DNA of 64,000 nt from the NCBI GenBank assembly GCA_018671175.1, contig JABHIE010000030.1:2146-66145 (forward strand). Direction: 5' to 3'. Shown one piece after another: positions 28,693 to 37,628 of the stretch (its first letter is position 1; the number at the start of each line of letters is the position of its first letter). The notes below the pieces were generated by a model, which had not been told where the DNA came from, did no database searches, and saw only the letters and a program-made list of their open reading frames with translations. Position numbers and translations under genes: made by a program. The stretch is from Planctomycetota bacterium (GTDB lineage: Bacteria > Planctomycetota > UBA1135).

Positions 28693-29700
28693 CTATGCAG
28701 CAAAAAGGGCTGGCTCTGCTTTGCGAATCCAGGCGCTGGAATCTTGATCGGCGCCAAGAGTGGCAAGAAGCTCTGGGGCGGAGCGTAGCCACTCGATGGC
28801 CTGACTCCACAAGGATGGGTAATGATTGCGGATGTGCAGCAACATCTTGCTTGCGGCAGGCGCATCATCTAAGGCCAAGTGCTCAACAACAATGTTGTGA
28901 AGCACAAAAGAAAATTCAGGCTTGCGAGCGACTAGCCCACTTGCCACAACCCAGCGATAAATGCGCAAAGCACGCTGACTCTCGCCGAGTCGATCGTAAA
29001 CCAAACCAAGCTGAACAGCGGCATGGCCACGATTCACTAGGCGATCGGTGCGAAGGAAAACTTCGCGATAGGCGTCGATGGCCTCGCTGTCATTGCCTTG
29101 CGACTGCAAGACAAAACCCAAATAAATCCGAGCCTCGGCGAATTTAGGCTTGAGGCGCAAAGCCTCGCCAAGCAATTGATGGCTCTTAACAAGCTGATTG
29201 CTTGCATCATGACGCAGGGTTTCTGCTGACAAACGAGCTGCGCCACTTTCTTCGGCGGCATGGGCTGCATCAGCGGCCTCGCCTTGCGTGAACTCATCGA
29301 TGACAACTGGCTCTTGAGCTACGCGCAGTAGATAATCGCCGTCAGTGGCAACTAGAGCGTAGGCTTTGCCCAACTCGTAAAGAGCTTGAGCGAGGCGGCG
29401 CAGAATTTCTGCGTCAGTCAGGCCATCGAACAAATCTTGACCGCGCATGCGACGCAAACGAGTCGAGAGCGAACCCGGAATCGCGGCATCACGGTGGGCA
29501 AGGGCTTGCAAGCGGATGGCTTCAAAAAACTCGGCGCAATCAACACAAGACTCAATGTGCACCAAAGTGCGGCGTGCGGGATCTTCGGCAAGCTCACCGT
29601 CAAGCAGAGCGGACAAATCACGCTGAAAGGCCTGACATAAAACGCGAGGTGCCGTTTGCACATTACGCATGGCATCAACGAAACCAGTGCGGTCGTACAT
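28693..29700 (-). CDS. Zinc-binding anti-sigma (ZAS) domain fused to TPR repeats
   Basis: C....LSALLDGEL...HIESCVDC followed by TPR-like helices; no TM segment. Confidence 0.8.
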   Translation of the reverse strand: MYDRTGFVDAMRNVQTAPRVLCQAFQRDLSALLDGELAEDPARRTLVHIESCVDCAEFFEAIRLQALAHRDAAIPGSLSTRLRRMRGQDLFDGLTDAEILRRLAQALYELGKAYALVATDGDYLLRVAQEPVVIDEFTQGEAADAAHAAEESGAARLSAETLRHDASNQLVKSHQLLGEALRLKPKFAEARIYLGFVLQSQGNDSEAIDAYREVFLRTDRLVNRGHAAVQLGLVYDRLGESQRALRIYRWVVASGLVARKPEFSFVLHNIVVEHLALDDAPAASKMLLHIRNHYPSLWSQAIEWLRSAPELLATLGADQDSSAWIRKAEPALFAA

Positions 29701-30530
29701 TAGATTTTGCCCCCGGTGAGTGTGGCGCGATCGACATGCGACTGCCCGGCCGAAAACTTACGCTTCATGATGGTGAAGATTTTGCGGCGAGCGCGAAAAA
29801 TTAGCATCTTTAGATTCTCGACACGAATATCAAGGGCCTCAGATGCTTCGCGATATGGCTTGGCCTCAACCTCAACAAGAAAGAGCGCTCGCTTTTCACG
29901 GGGAGTCAAGCACTTGTAGGCGTGCAGGTAAAAGTGCAGGTATAGCTGCCACGCTGCGGCCAAATCATCGGCAGCCTCACGATTGGCTGTTTCTTCGAGC
30001 GGGGTGCGGCCATTGATATCGGCTGGCTCAAGAACTGGGTGGTCGTCTTCTTCGACGCCGGCGGTGGCCAAGGGCATTACGCGATCGCGGTGAGTGCGGC
30101 GGCTGTGCTTGAGGACGGTATTGCGCACGATAGAGTGCGTCCAGTTGCGGAATGCAGCCGCACGCTCAGGCTTAAACTTGAATGGGTAGCGATAAATGTT
30201 AAAAAACACTTCTTGCAGTACATCGCCCACATCAACGGCGTGCGCATAAAACGAGCGACGCAAGTGGTGGTAAATCAAGCGGGTGATTGCCTCGTGATTC
30301 AGCTCGTAAAGCAAAGTAAAGGCCTCGTTGCTGGCCGTATCACGGTAAGCGGCCATCAGCCAAGTCGACAATTGATCGCGATCTTTAGCCGTCGCCTGCT
30401 CTAAGCTCTCAGCCGCCAAAGCCAAATTGTCGTAACCCTCTACCCCGTCAGCCGTTAACTCTTGCGCAAACGCACTAAGTCGCTCGGCAAATGCCGGCAA
30501 ATTATCGGTGCGAAGTTGTGCGAATGCCAT
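29700..30530 (-). CDS. ECF sigma-70 factor with N-terminal extension
   Basis: DVLQEVF, FRNW...IVRN (region 2); LTPREK..YRE.SE.L....K..I.RAR (region 4). Confidence 0.88.
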   Translation of the reverse strand: MAFAQLRTDNLPAFAERLSAFAQELTADGVEGYDNLALAAESLEQATAKDRDQLSTWLMAAYRDTASNEAFTLLYELNHEAITRLIYHHLRRSFYAHAVDVGDVLQEVFFNIYRYPFKFKPERAAAFRNWTHSIVRNTVLKHSRRTHRDRVMPLATAGVEEDDHPVLEPADINGRTPLEETANREAADDLAAAWQLYLHFYLHAYKCLTPREKRALFLVEVEAKPYREASEALDIRVENLKMLIFRARRKIFTIMKRKFSAGQSHVDRATLTGGKI

Positions 30531-30696
30531 GTGATGAGATCTACGCTATTGCTAGGTTAAAGAAACGCCCTTGGTAACTGAATTTTAGCTCTTTTTTTAC
30601 TTTTATGCTAAAGAAAGCCGCTGGGCTATCCGATAGAGTCCAATTTCCTAGCAAACCGGACACCTTCTTCCGCAAACGCACTAAAGTAGGCCACGA

Positions 30697-32124
30697 ATGC
30701 CCTCCAAAACCCCAGCCGATGGCTCAAAGATGGCCGTCCTTCGCATTGCGTGGCCCATTGGGGTCTCGATGGTGTCGTACACGCTTAAGGGTTTTGTCGA
30801 CATGCTTATGGTCGGGCATCTCGGGCTCGAAGCTCTTGCGGGCGTTGGGCTTGCTGGTATTTTGGCCTGGAACATAACGGCCTTTCCATGGGGCGCTTTG
30901 CGTGGGCAACGACCACTTGTAAGCCAATATCTAGGGGCTGGCGACACAACGGCCGCACTGTCCTTTGGCGTGCACGCTTTTTACTTCGCAACGATGGCCT
31001 CGGCACTTTTTGTTGTTTTCGCCAGCCAGCTTGGGCAATTCGGCCAGTGGGTTGGTGAGACGAGCAATATCAGCCCTGAATCGGCAATCATCGCGGGTGA
31101 ATATCTCGGCTTACGCATGTTATGGGCTGCACCCATGCTGCTCGCAATGGCGGTAGCCGAGTATCTGCGCTCAACCGAGCGGCCGCGCATCCCGATGGCG
31201 GCTGATTTATTGTCCCACCCACTTAATGTTGCATTTAATTATGTACTCATTTTCGGAAAATTCGGCATTCCAGCAATGGGTGTGCGCGGCGCGGCAATTG
31301 GCACTGGGCTCGCCGACCTCTGCGCCATGACGGTGATGTTCTGGCTTGCCCGACCCAAACGCGGGCAGTGGGCGCAACTCTCTCAAGAACACCCCCTACG
31401 CTTTCGCTGGAGCCGCATGAAGCGCGTCTTCGAAACGGGCTGGACGGGCGGTTTCCAATTCATGATCGAAGGGGGCGCGTTCGCACTCATCACTTATTTT
31501 GTCGGCTTCCTCGGGACGGCATCGCTAGCCATCCATCAAGCGGCCATTCAGCTTGTGCACATGTCTATCATGCCGGCCGTTGCTGTTGCCGATGGCGGGT
31601 CGGTTTTGATTGGCAAATATGTTGGGGAGCTTCGTTGGGAGCAGGTCCGCAAAACCGTCCGTAGCGTGCTGCAACTCATTTTGCCGTTTATGTGCCTTAT
31701 GGGCGTTGTATTCGTCGTTTGGGGCGAAGAGCTGATGGGTCTTTTCCTGAAAGATTCCGACCCCATCGTGCATGCGAAAGCCATTGAGATGGGTGGCATG
31801 GTCGCGATTGCCGTCGCAGCTTGGCAATTTGGCGATGCCTTTCAGATCACCTACCGCTTTTGTCTTCGTGCAACAGGCGACCACAAATGGGTAATGTGGG
31901 CGGGCATCCTTGTCAGCTGGCTCCTTAATGTGCCCATCATTGCCGCAACGATTTTTTGGTTTAATGGTGATGTCTTCCACGCCTGGATGGCCTTCACCGC
32001 AGAAATTTATATCGGCGGCTGGATCTTCCATCGACGCTGGCGGAGCGGGGTATGGAAAAGCAAAAGGCTCGTAAGCGACGAGTCTGGTGTCGAGCACTCG
32101 TCGCTTGTTAGCGAGAGCGAATAA
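30697..32124 (+). CDS. MATE family efflux transporter
   Basis: D.LMVGHLG, LVSQYLGA, NYVLIFGKFG.PAMGV.GAA. Confidence 0.92.
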   Translation: MPSKTPADGSKMAVLRIAWPIGVSMVSYTLKGFVDMLMVGHLGLEALAGVGLAGILAWNITAFPWGALRGQRPLVSQYLGAGDTTAALSFGVHAFYFATMASALFVVFASQLGQFGQWVGETSNISPESAIIAGEYLGLRMLWAAPMLLAMAVAEYLRSTERPRIPMAADLLSHPLNVAFNYVLIFGKFGIPAMGVRGAAIGTGLADLCAMTVMFWLARPKRGQWAQLSQEHPLRFRWSRMKRVFETGWTGGFQFMIEGGAFALITYFVGFLGTASLAIHQAAIQLVHMSIMPAVAVADGGSVLIGKYVGELRWEQVRKTVRSVLQLILPFMCLMGVVFVVWGEELMGLFLKDSDPIVHAKAIEMGGMVAIAVAAWQFGDAFQITYRFCLRATGDHKWVMWAGILVSWLLNVPIIAATIFWFNGDVFHAWMAFTAEIYIGGWIFHRRWRSGVWKSKRLVSDESGVEHSSLVSESE

Positions 32125-32329
32125 TTCTTTCGACTTCTCCGGCGACCGGGAATTCGCCTTTGTCAAATTTACTCCAGACGAGTTCATCGTCAACTTTGAT
32201 GTCGAGGATGCCCCCACCACCAGAGATCAACTCGGGCTCAACCCCAAAAGCTTCGGCTAAATTTGCGGCCAGACCGGTCGCAAAAGGCAAAAAGTTTCAT
32301 TCTTGGCAGTAAGTGATTGTGATGTGCAT
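32108..32329 (-). CDS. Rdx-family (SelW/SelT/SelH-like) selenoprotein with CxxU
   Basis: ATG 32329: MHITITYCQE-TGA-NFLPFA...GGGGILDIKVDDELVWSK...FP; in-frame TGA at 32297-32299. Confidence 0.9.
32262..32284 (-). promoter_or_regulatory. Candidate bacterial SECIS hairpin
   Basis: TTTGCGACC-GGTCT-GGCCGCAAA starting 12 nt after the UGA, with a G-initiated apical loop. Confidence 0.65.
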
Positions 32330-32368
32330 ATTGCAATATAAACCACGAAAAAACGATATGTAAAAAAA

Positions 32369-32445
32369 TGGTGGGCCGACCAGGACTTGAACCTGGAACC
32401 TACGCATTATGAGTGCGCAGCTCTAACCAATTGAGCTATCGGCCC
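32369..32445 (-). tRNA. tRNA-Ile2(CAT), lysidine type (Met not fully excluded)
   Basis: GGGCCGATAGCTCAATTGG...GCGCA-CTCATAA-TGCGT...GGTTCAAG...CCCACCA. Confidence 0.9.
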
Positions 32446-32481
32446 GTGCGGCAAGATTTTAGTCGCGCGGAGGTCGAGCGG

Positions 32482-33657
32482 CTACGGAAGTCGTGAAACT
32501 TGCACCTGCTCACCAAGGACCAAGCCGAGCCCCGGGATGGGCGCCAAGACAACTTCTCGGCCATATTCAGGAATAGACGGGTCGCGCCAAAGGTGATTTG
32601 GAATGGCAGCAATATGCGGAGCCAATTTTGCAACAAGCGTTTCACGGACGGGCTCTTCTTCGGCTGATGCGTCAAGCAATCGGCGAATAAGCACAGAGTC
32701 GCCAAGCCGCAGAGCTTGAGTGGAGGGCGCTCGCAAATAAGCCACCACCGTATTCCCGGCAGATGTCGTATATTCACACAGCGAATCACCAGCAGAAAGC
32801 GTTTGCCCAGGAGTCGCACTCAGGCGGATGACCTGGCCAGCTTGAGTTGCCATCACTACGAGTGCGTCGCGTTGCAAAGCCAACTCGGCCAATCGATACT
32901 CTTGCACATTAAGGGCGGCCGCCTGAGCTTGAAGCCGCTGAGCAAATGGGTCAGCAACAAAAGAATCAGGCTCACTCAATGCGTCAACTCGTTGCTGGGC
33001 AGAAAGCTGCTCAAAAGAAAGCCCCGTCAAGAAATCTTCGCGCGCTGCGACCTGCGCAACAAGAACATCGCGCCGCAATTGAAAATCTTCGGCTTGCTCT
33101 TGCGACAACACTTCAGCGGCAACAAGCGCGCTTGCCCGCGCAAGTTTTGCATCAAGCCTTACGATTTCGAGCCGATCCGCCTCAAGCTCAATGCGGCGAC
33201 GCAACATCTCTAATTGAATCTTTGAGATGTCCATTTGCAAATTCATGCGGTCACGATAAGCGCGGCGCAAATCAGTTTGATGATCACGAATGTCATCGGT
33301 CGCTGCAATTTGAAACTCTTCTTCTAGAGCAAGACCTTGGAGCACCAATCGCTCGCTTTCGGCTCGCGCAGTCTTGAGAGCCGCCTCAACAAATGAGGGG
33401 TCAAGTCGAGCCACGACATCGCCAGCGCGAAGAGTTGAAAACAGTTTGACTTCGATTGAGTCGATGCGGCCAGAAGACGGAACGGTAAGCGACCACTCTT
33501 GGCTCTGCGCCATACCGACCCAAGATTGGCCGACATTGCGCAACTCATACAAACTCACTACGGCCGAAATAGCAAGAAGCCAAACAAGCAATGGGACCCA
33601 GCGAAGACGGAAATCTTCGAGCCGTCTTGGCCAAGGGATTGGGATGCGCGGGGTCAT
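32482..33657 (-). CDS. HlyD-family membrane fusion/periplasmic adaptor protein
   Basis: N-terminal TM, lipoyl half-motifs (P.SGRI..I.V...GDVVARL; A..AG.V..L...PGQ), long coiled coil. Confidence 0.82.
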   Translation of the reverse strand: MTPRIPIPWPRRLEDFRLRWVPLLVWLLAISAVVSLYELRNVGQSWVGMAQSQEWSLTVPSSGRIDSIEVKLFSTLRAGDVVARLDPSFVEAALKTARAESERLVLQGLALEEEFQIAATDDIRDHQTDLRRAYRDRMNLQMDISKIQLEMLRRRIELEADRLEIVRLDAKLARASALVAAEVLSQEQAEDFQLRRDVLVAQVAAREDFLTGLSFEQLSAQQRVDALSEPDSFVADPFAQRLQAQAAALNVQEYRLAELALQRDALVVMATQAGQVIRLSATPGQTLSAGDSLCEYTTSAGNTVVAYLRAPSTQALRLGDSVLIRRLLDASAEEEPVRETLVAKLAPHIAAIPNHLWRDPSIPEYGREVVLAPIPGLGLVLGEQVQVSRLP

Positions 33658-33659
33658 AG

Positions 33660-34364
33660 CTAAATCTCAGAGTGCTCGTCGCGGAGGATTAAGCCGACCT
33701 CACCAATTCCAGCGAGTTGGTAGAGCGCATCGAGGAATTCTCCGCTGCGGGAAGGGTCGCGTAGGCGGACTTGAAAGACATATTCAGAGCCATCTTGAGC
33801 CTCACGAACGGAGACTCGCCGTGAACTTTGACAATGAGTTTTAATAACGGAAAGTAAATCAGTATCGGCCTTTTCACGATTGTCGCGGCCAAGCCTGCAA
33901 TTGAGGTGGCCGTCATAGGAGGAAAGTGAACCAAATTTTGTAAAGTGCAAATACACCACCGCAGTCGCTAAAAAGACCGTGCCAAGGATCGCGGCCAGAT
34001 AGCGTTGTGAGCCGCAGGCCATCCCGAGGACGAGTGTGAAAAATACGAAAACCGTATCTCGCGTGTCTTTGAGAACATTGCGGAATCGGATGATTGCCAA
34101 CGCGCCAATTAAACCAAAAGCGGTCACGATTGAATTGCCGATAACAAACATCACGAGAGCAACGACCATATTCATGAGCACCAAGCTTTGCGTGAAGGTG
34201 CGTGAATAAGATAAGCCGCTGTGAGTGCGCACATAGATCCAAGCCAAAAACTGCCCCAAAACAAAAGCAAGCAACAACGACAAGGCCATTGCCGCTGGCG
34301 TGTAAGCCGGCGCCCAATTGCCTTCTTCGGCAAGCATGCGAAGGAAGTCTTGAGTGTTACCCAT
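33660..34364 (-). CDS. DUF4956-family membrane protein
   Basis: YSRTF.QSL, IGNS...AFGL.GALAIIRFR..LKD.RD motif. Confidence 0.9.
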   Translation of the reverse strand: MGNTQDFLRMLAEEGNWAPAYTPAAMALSLLLAFVLGQFLAWIYVRTHSGLSYSRTFTQSLVLMNMVVALVMFVIGNSIVTAFGLIGALAIIRFRNVLKDTRDTVFVFFTLVLGMACGSQRYLAAILGTVFLATAVVYLHFTKFGSLSSYDGHLNCRLGRDNREKADTDLLSVIKTHCQSSRRVSVREAQDGSEYVFQVRLRDPSRSGEFLDALYQLAGIGEVGLILRDEHSEI

Positions 34365-35133
34365 GTGAAGAAAAACTTGGAGGAGAATGACCCGGTGCTA
34401 TTTCGCGGGAAGCATCGACAGACATGATGTACTTGGCCACCGAAACTCGACTGAGCTGAAAATGCTCGACAAGTCGACCAACCCAAAGTGGGCAAGCGTC
34501 AGTGTACTTCAATTCAAGCACAACTTGCGGGCAAAACACCGGGCGCCAGGAGTGCTCAGGAAAGGCAAATACATTGGTCGATGCAGGCGGCGCAAACTGC
34601 AACTGGCGATCAAAAGTGATGCGGACGGGCTCAGGGCCAGCGACCTCATAGGCCTCGCGTTGGTAGTGAACAAAAACGGACGCCTTTGCGTCAAGGCGCG
34701 CCATCAAACTACGGAAAAACGCAAAATCAGTGGAGTGAATATCGCTCGCATCTTGTGGCAATGAGCGGCCACTTAAAAGAGCACGGGCAACATCTCTAGA
34801 AACCAAACACCGCTTTTTGCGGACAATGCGATCGGAACGCTCTTTGACTTCAAGGAAGACCGGAGAATCCGGGTTGCCGTCATAGCCTCGGATGCGAAGC
34901 TTGAAACGATTTTTGTGCCCCTCGATTGTTGTGCGGTATAGGTCGAAATTGCGATTATCCAAATAAAGACTATAGATTGGATAAGTGAAGTCTTTGGAGC
35001 GGGCCGCGAAAAAATCTGGCTGGACAAAACTTGATGCGTAGCGACGCACCTCTTGCGCTAAAGTCTCGGAGATTAAGTACTTACACTCATGCCGAGACCG
35101 GAAAGTACGGTCGAGCGCCCAAGGAGCCTGCAT
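34357..35133 (-). CDS. VTC-domain (CYTH-like, polyphosphate polymerase domain) protein
   Basis: RHECKY, IYSLYLD, KLRIRGY, FLEVK, Y.REAY, RITFD, VLELKY motifs. Confidence 0.9.
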   Translation of the reverse strand: MQAPWALDRTFRSRHECKYLISETLAQEVRRYASSFVQPDFFAARSKDFTYPIYSLYLDNRNFDLYRTTIEGHKNRFKLRIRGYDGNPDSPVFLEVKERSDRIVRKKRCLVSRDVARALLSGRSLPQDASDIHSTDFAFFRSLMARLDAKASVFVHYQREAYEVAGPEPVRITFDRQLQFAPPASTNVFAFPEHSWRPVFCPQVVLELKYTDACPLWVGRLVEHFQLSRVSVAKYIMSVDASREIAPGHSPPSFSSHG

Positions 35134-35149
35134 TCAACAAGGATACATC

Positions 35150-35189
35150 AAAAACGGCAAACTGGGGGAATGCTGCTCCCAGTTTGCCG
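35150..35189 (-). terminator. Intrinsic terminator after the small lipoprotein gene
   Basis: Minus strand CGGCAAACTGGG...CCCAGTTTGCCG-TTTTT. Confidence 0.75.
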
Positions 35190-35199
35190 GTAAATGACG

Positions 35200-35487
35200 C
35201 TATTTCAAGGAGCCACCGATGATTGTGTAATGCACACCCAAAATGTTGTTGAGCACGCCAAGCAGGGATGTCCAGTCGTCTGGGCTTGAGTAAACCGTTT
35301 GCACAATCGCACCCTCGGGGACGAGTGCCTCTGCGGCGAGTGCTTCGTCGCCAGGCAACTCGAAGCCGAGAATGACGAGCGCCTCTGCATGTGCAGAAAA
35401 GGTGTCATCGGAGACTTGAACGCCCGCACAACTACCCAAAAGGATGATGGTGGCAAAGAGAGAAAGGAGTGTCGTTATTCGCTTCAT
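35200..35487 (-). CDS. Small lipoprotein
   Basis: Signal peptide with LGSC lipobox. Confidence 0.8.
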   Translation of the reverse strand: MKRITTLLSLFATIILLGSCAGVQVSDDTFSAHAEALVILGFELPGDEALAAEALVPEGAIVQTVYSSPDDWTSLLGVLNNILGVHYTIIGGSLK

Positions 35488-35512
35488 GAAAGCATGCTAC
35501 TCTGCTTTCATG
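35485..35512. promoter_or_regulatory. Palindromic bidirectional leaderless promoter
   Basis: CATGAAAGCA-TGCTACTC-TGCTTTCATG; TAGCAT (-) and TACTCT (+) each lie 6 nt before an ATG. Confidence 0.6.
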
Positions 35513-36550
35513 GCTCAGGCTACACCCCAACTTCTTTTGCTCAGCATCCGTGCAATGAGTGCCTTGCTCACAGTGTTGTTGATTTGGCTTTTCAGTTTTT
35601 TCCTGAGCGATATTGATGACATACAAGGCCCGCTAAGGGCTGACTTTGATTCAAAAACACTTAATGCAGTGGTTGTGAGCCAAGAGCTTGCCTTAAAGCA
35701 AACGATTGCCTCTCAAGATAGCGCGATTGAGCGGCAGGGTGAAATCCAAGAGCGGCTTGCGACTAGCATGAGCAATGCCGAGCAAACCTTGCGCCAAGTT
35801 ACAGATTTGCAGCGCTTCCAAAGAGAGCGGGGTGCGCCGACTAGTGACGAGGAGCAAGCCAGTCTGACCCGAGCGCAATCTCGCTTTATGGACGCGCAAG
35901 ATGCGTTTGAAGAAGCCAACGCGACAATCGCAACGCTCGAAGCGCAACGCTGGGACTCAAAATCAAATCTCGCGCAAGTGCAGACTCAACTCGGAGGTGA
36001 GCGAAAGAAAAGCCATCAAGCCTTTCAAGAAGCTTGGGACGGCCACCGCACCGTGCTTGGGGTCGCTAAATTAGGCTTTATCGTTCCCGTTTTATTATTA
36101 AGCGCGTTTTTGTTCCGCAAGCACAGAAAGAGCCTGCTGCGCCCAATCTTACTAGCATTTTTGCTTTCGAGTTTTTGGAAAGTTGGCACGGTCATGCATG
36201 ATCATTTCCCATCTGAATTTTTCAAGTACATTGCGATTTTTGCGGCACTCATTATCGTGACGGCCTTTCTCGTTTTCTTACTTAAGTCGTCTGCTAAACC
36301 CGACACAAACGCACTCTTGCGTCGTCGTGGCGAAGGCTACCAAAAAGGGCTCTGCCCAGAATGCTCTTTTCCATTTGCCGGAAAGGGCTTCGGGAAAGTC
36401 AAAACTTCACGAGGCGGGGAAGACGGCATGAGTGTGCAAATGGATTACAACTGCCCATCATGTGGCACAGGGCTCTTTGAAAAATGCAACGACTGTGGCG
36501 GGCGTCGCCATAGCTTGCTGCCCCACTGCGTGCATTGCGGTAAAGACTAA
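35510..36550 (+). CDS. Membrane protein with periplasmic coiled coil and C-terminal zinc ribbons
   Basis: TM, coiled coil, 3 TM, then CPEC, CPSC, CNDC, CVHC. Confidence 0.8.
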   Translation: MAQATPQLLLLSIRAMSALLTVLLIWLFSFFLSDIDDIQGPLRADFDSKTLNAVVVSQELALKQTIASQDSAIERQGEIQERLATSMSNAEQTLRQVTDLQRFQRERGAPTSDEEQASLTRAQSRFMDAQDAFEEANATIATLEAQRWDSKSNLAQVQTQLGGERKKSHQAFQEAWDGHRTVLGVAKLGFIVPVLLLSAFLFRKHRKSLLRPILLAFLLSSFWKVGTVMHDHFPSEFFKYIAIFAALIIVTAFLVFLLKSSAKPDTNALLRRRGEGYQKGLCPECSFPFAGKGFGKVKTSRGGEDGMSVQMDYNCPSCGTGLFEKCNDCGGRRHSLLPHCVHCGKD

Positions 36551-37623
36551 GTCGTGTGCATGTGCACCGTGCGCTGAGGAAATGGAATCTCAATTCCATT
36601 TTCGGCGAAGGCTTGGTAAACGCCTCGATTGATTGCATCAAGCGCGCGTCCGCGCAACACCGGCTCATTGACCCAGCAAAGAAGCTCGTGGTCTAGGCTT
36701 GAGTCTGAAAACGCACGGAAACGCACACGCGGTGCTGGAGTGGCGCAAACCATGTCTTCAGCTTCTGCAACGCCAAGCAATACTTCACGGACTTTATCTA
36801 AATCTGATCCGTAGGCAACGCCCACTTTTACGCGAACGCGGCGACGGGTGCTATCGCCGGCAGATTCATTAATGACCTTTGCTTTGCCGATGACAGCGTT
36901 GGGCAAAACGATAATTAAATCATCTCGAGTCAGTAATCGAGTTGAGCGCAAACCGATATGCACAACTTCGCCACGCTCACCACTATCGAGGACAATGTAA
37001 TCACCCATGCAATAAGGTGCGTCGGCAATGATGAATACGCCAGAAAATAAATTCGCAAGCGTATCTTGAGCTGCAAAACCTATAGCAATACCCGCGATGC
37101 CGGCCGAAGCCAGCCAACCCGTTGCGTCAAAATCCCAGACTGAGATAAATGCAAATAGCCCAGCTGACACCAGCAGCAATTTGGCTAAATTGTCAAACAA
37201 TGGAAAGGTGCGCGGCTCAATCGCATGAAAGCGACTAGGGTGGCGAGATGCCGTTGTCACAACAAGGCTCACCGCCACTAAGCCGAATCGCATCCAGACC
37301 CAGACGATCGCGGTCCAGAAAATGCGGTGGGCGAACACTACGGTCTCATCCGAAAAGTTAAGTCGGGCAAAGGCGAGCATCAGCCCCCAAAGCACGACTG
37401 TTTTTACAACGGGGCCGTGAATGCTCGCAAGAATTTTGTCGTCTAAATCACTTGATGTTTTTTGCGCCCAGCTTTTAAAGGCTCTTGTCAAAAGGCGGTC
37501 GGCAATCGCGCCCGCAACTAATGCAAAAAGAACAATCAAGAGACTGCCGACCCAAGGGTAGGTCACCCAAACCTCTTTGGCCCAAGAAAAGGCCGTTGTC
37601 ATCCAAGAAAGAAAAACGCTCAT
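36547..37623 (-). CDS. mscS: Small-conductance mechanosensitive channel (MscS family)
   Basis: GFAAQDTLANLFSG, GEV..IGLRST, PN, IEIPFPQR. Confidence 0.93.
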   Translation of the reverse strand: MSVFLSWMTTAFSWAKEVWVTYPWVGSLLIVLFALVAGAIADRLLTRAFKSWAQKTSSDLDDKILASIHGPVVKTVVLWGLMLAFARLNFSDETVVFAHRIFWTAIVWVWMRFGLVAVSLVVTTASRHPSRFHAIEPRTFPLFDNLAKLLLVSAGLFAFISVWDFDATGWLASAGIAGIAIGFAAQDTLANLFSGVFIIADAPYCMGDYIVLDSGERGEVVHIGLRSTRLLTRDDLIIVLPNAVIGKAKVINESAGDSTRRRVRVKVGVAYGSDLDKVREVLLGVAEAEDMVCATPAPRVRFRAFSDSSLDHELLCWVNEPVLRGRALDAINRGVYQAFAENGIEIPFPQRTVHMHTT

Positions 37624-37628
37624 GAGAA

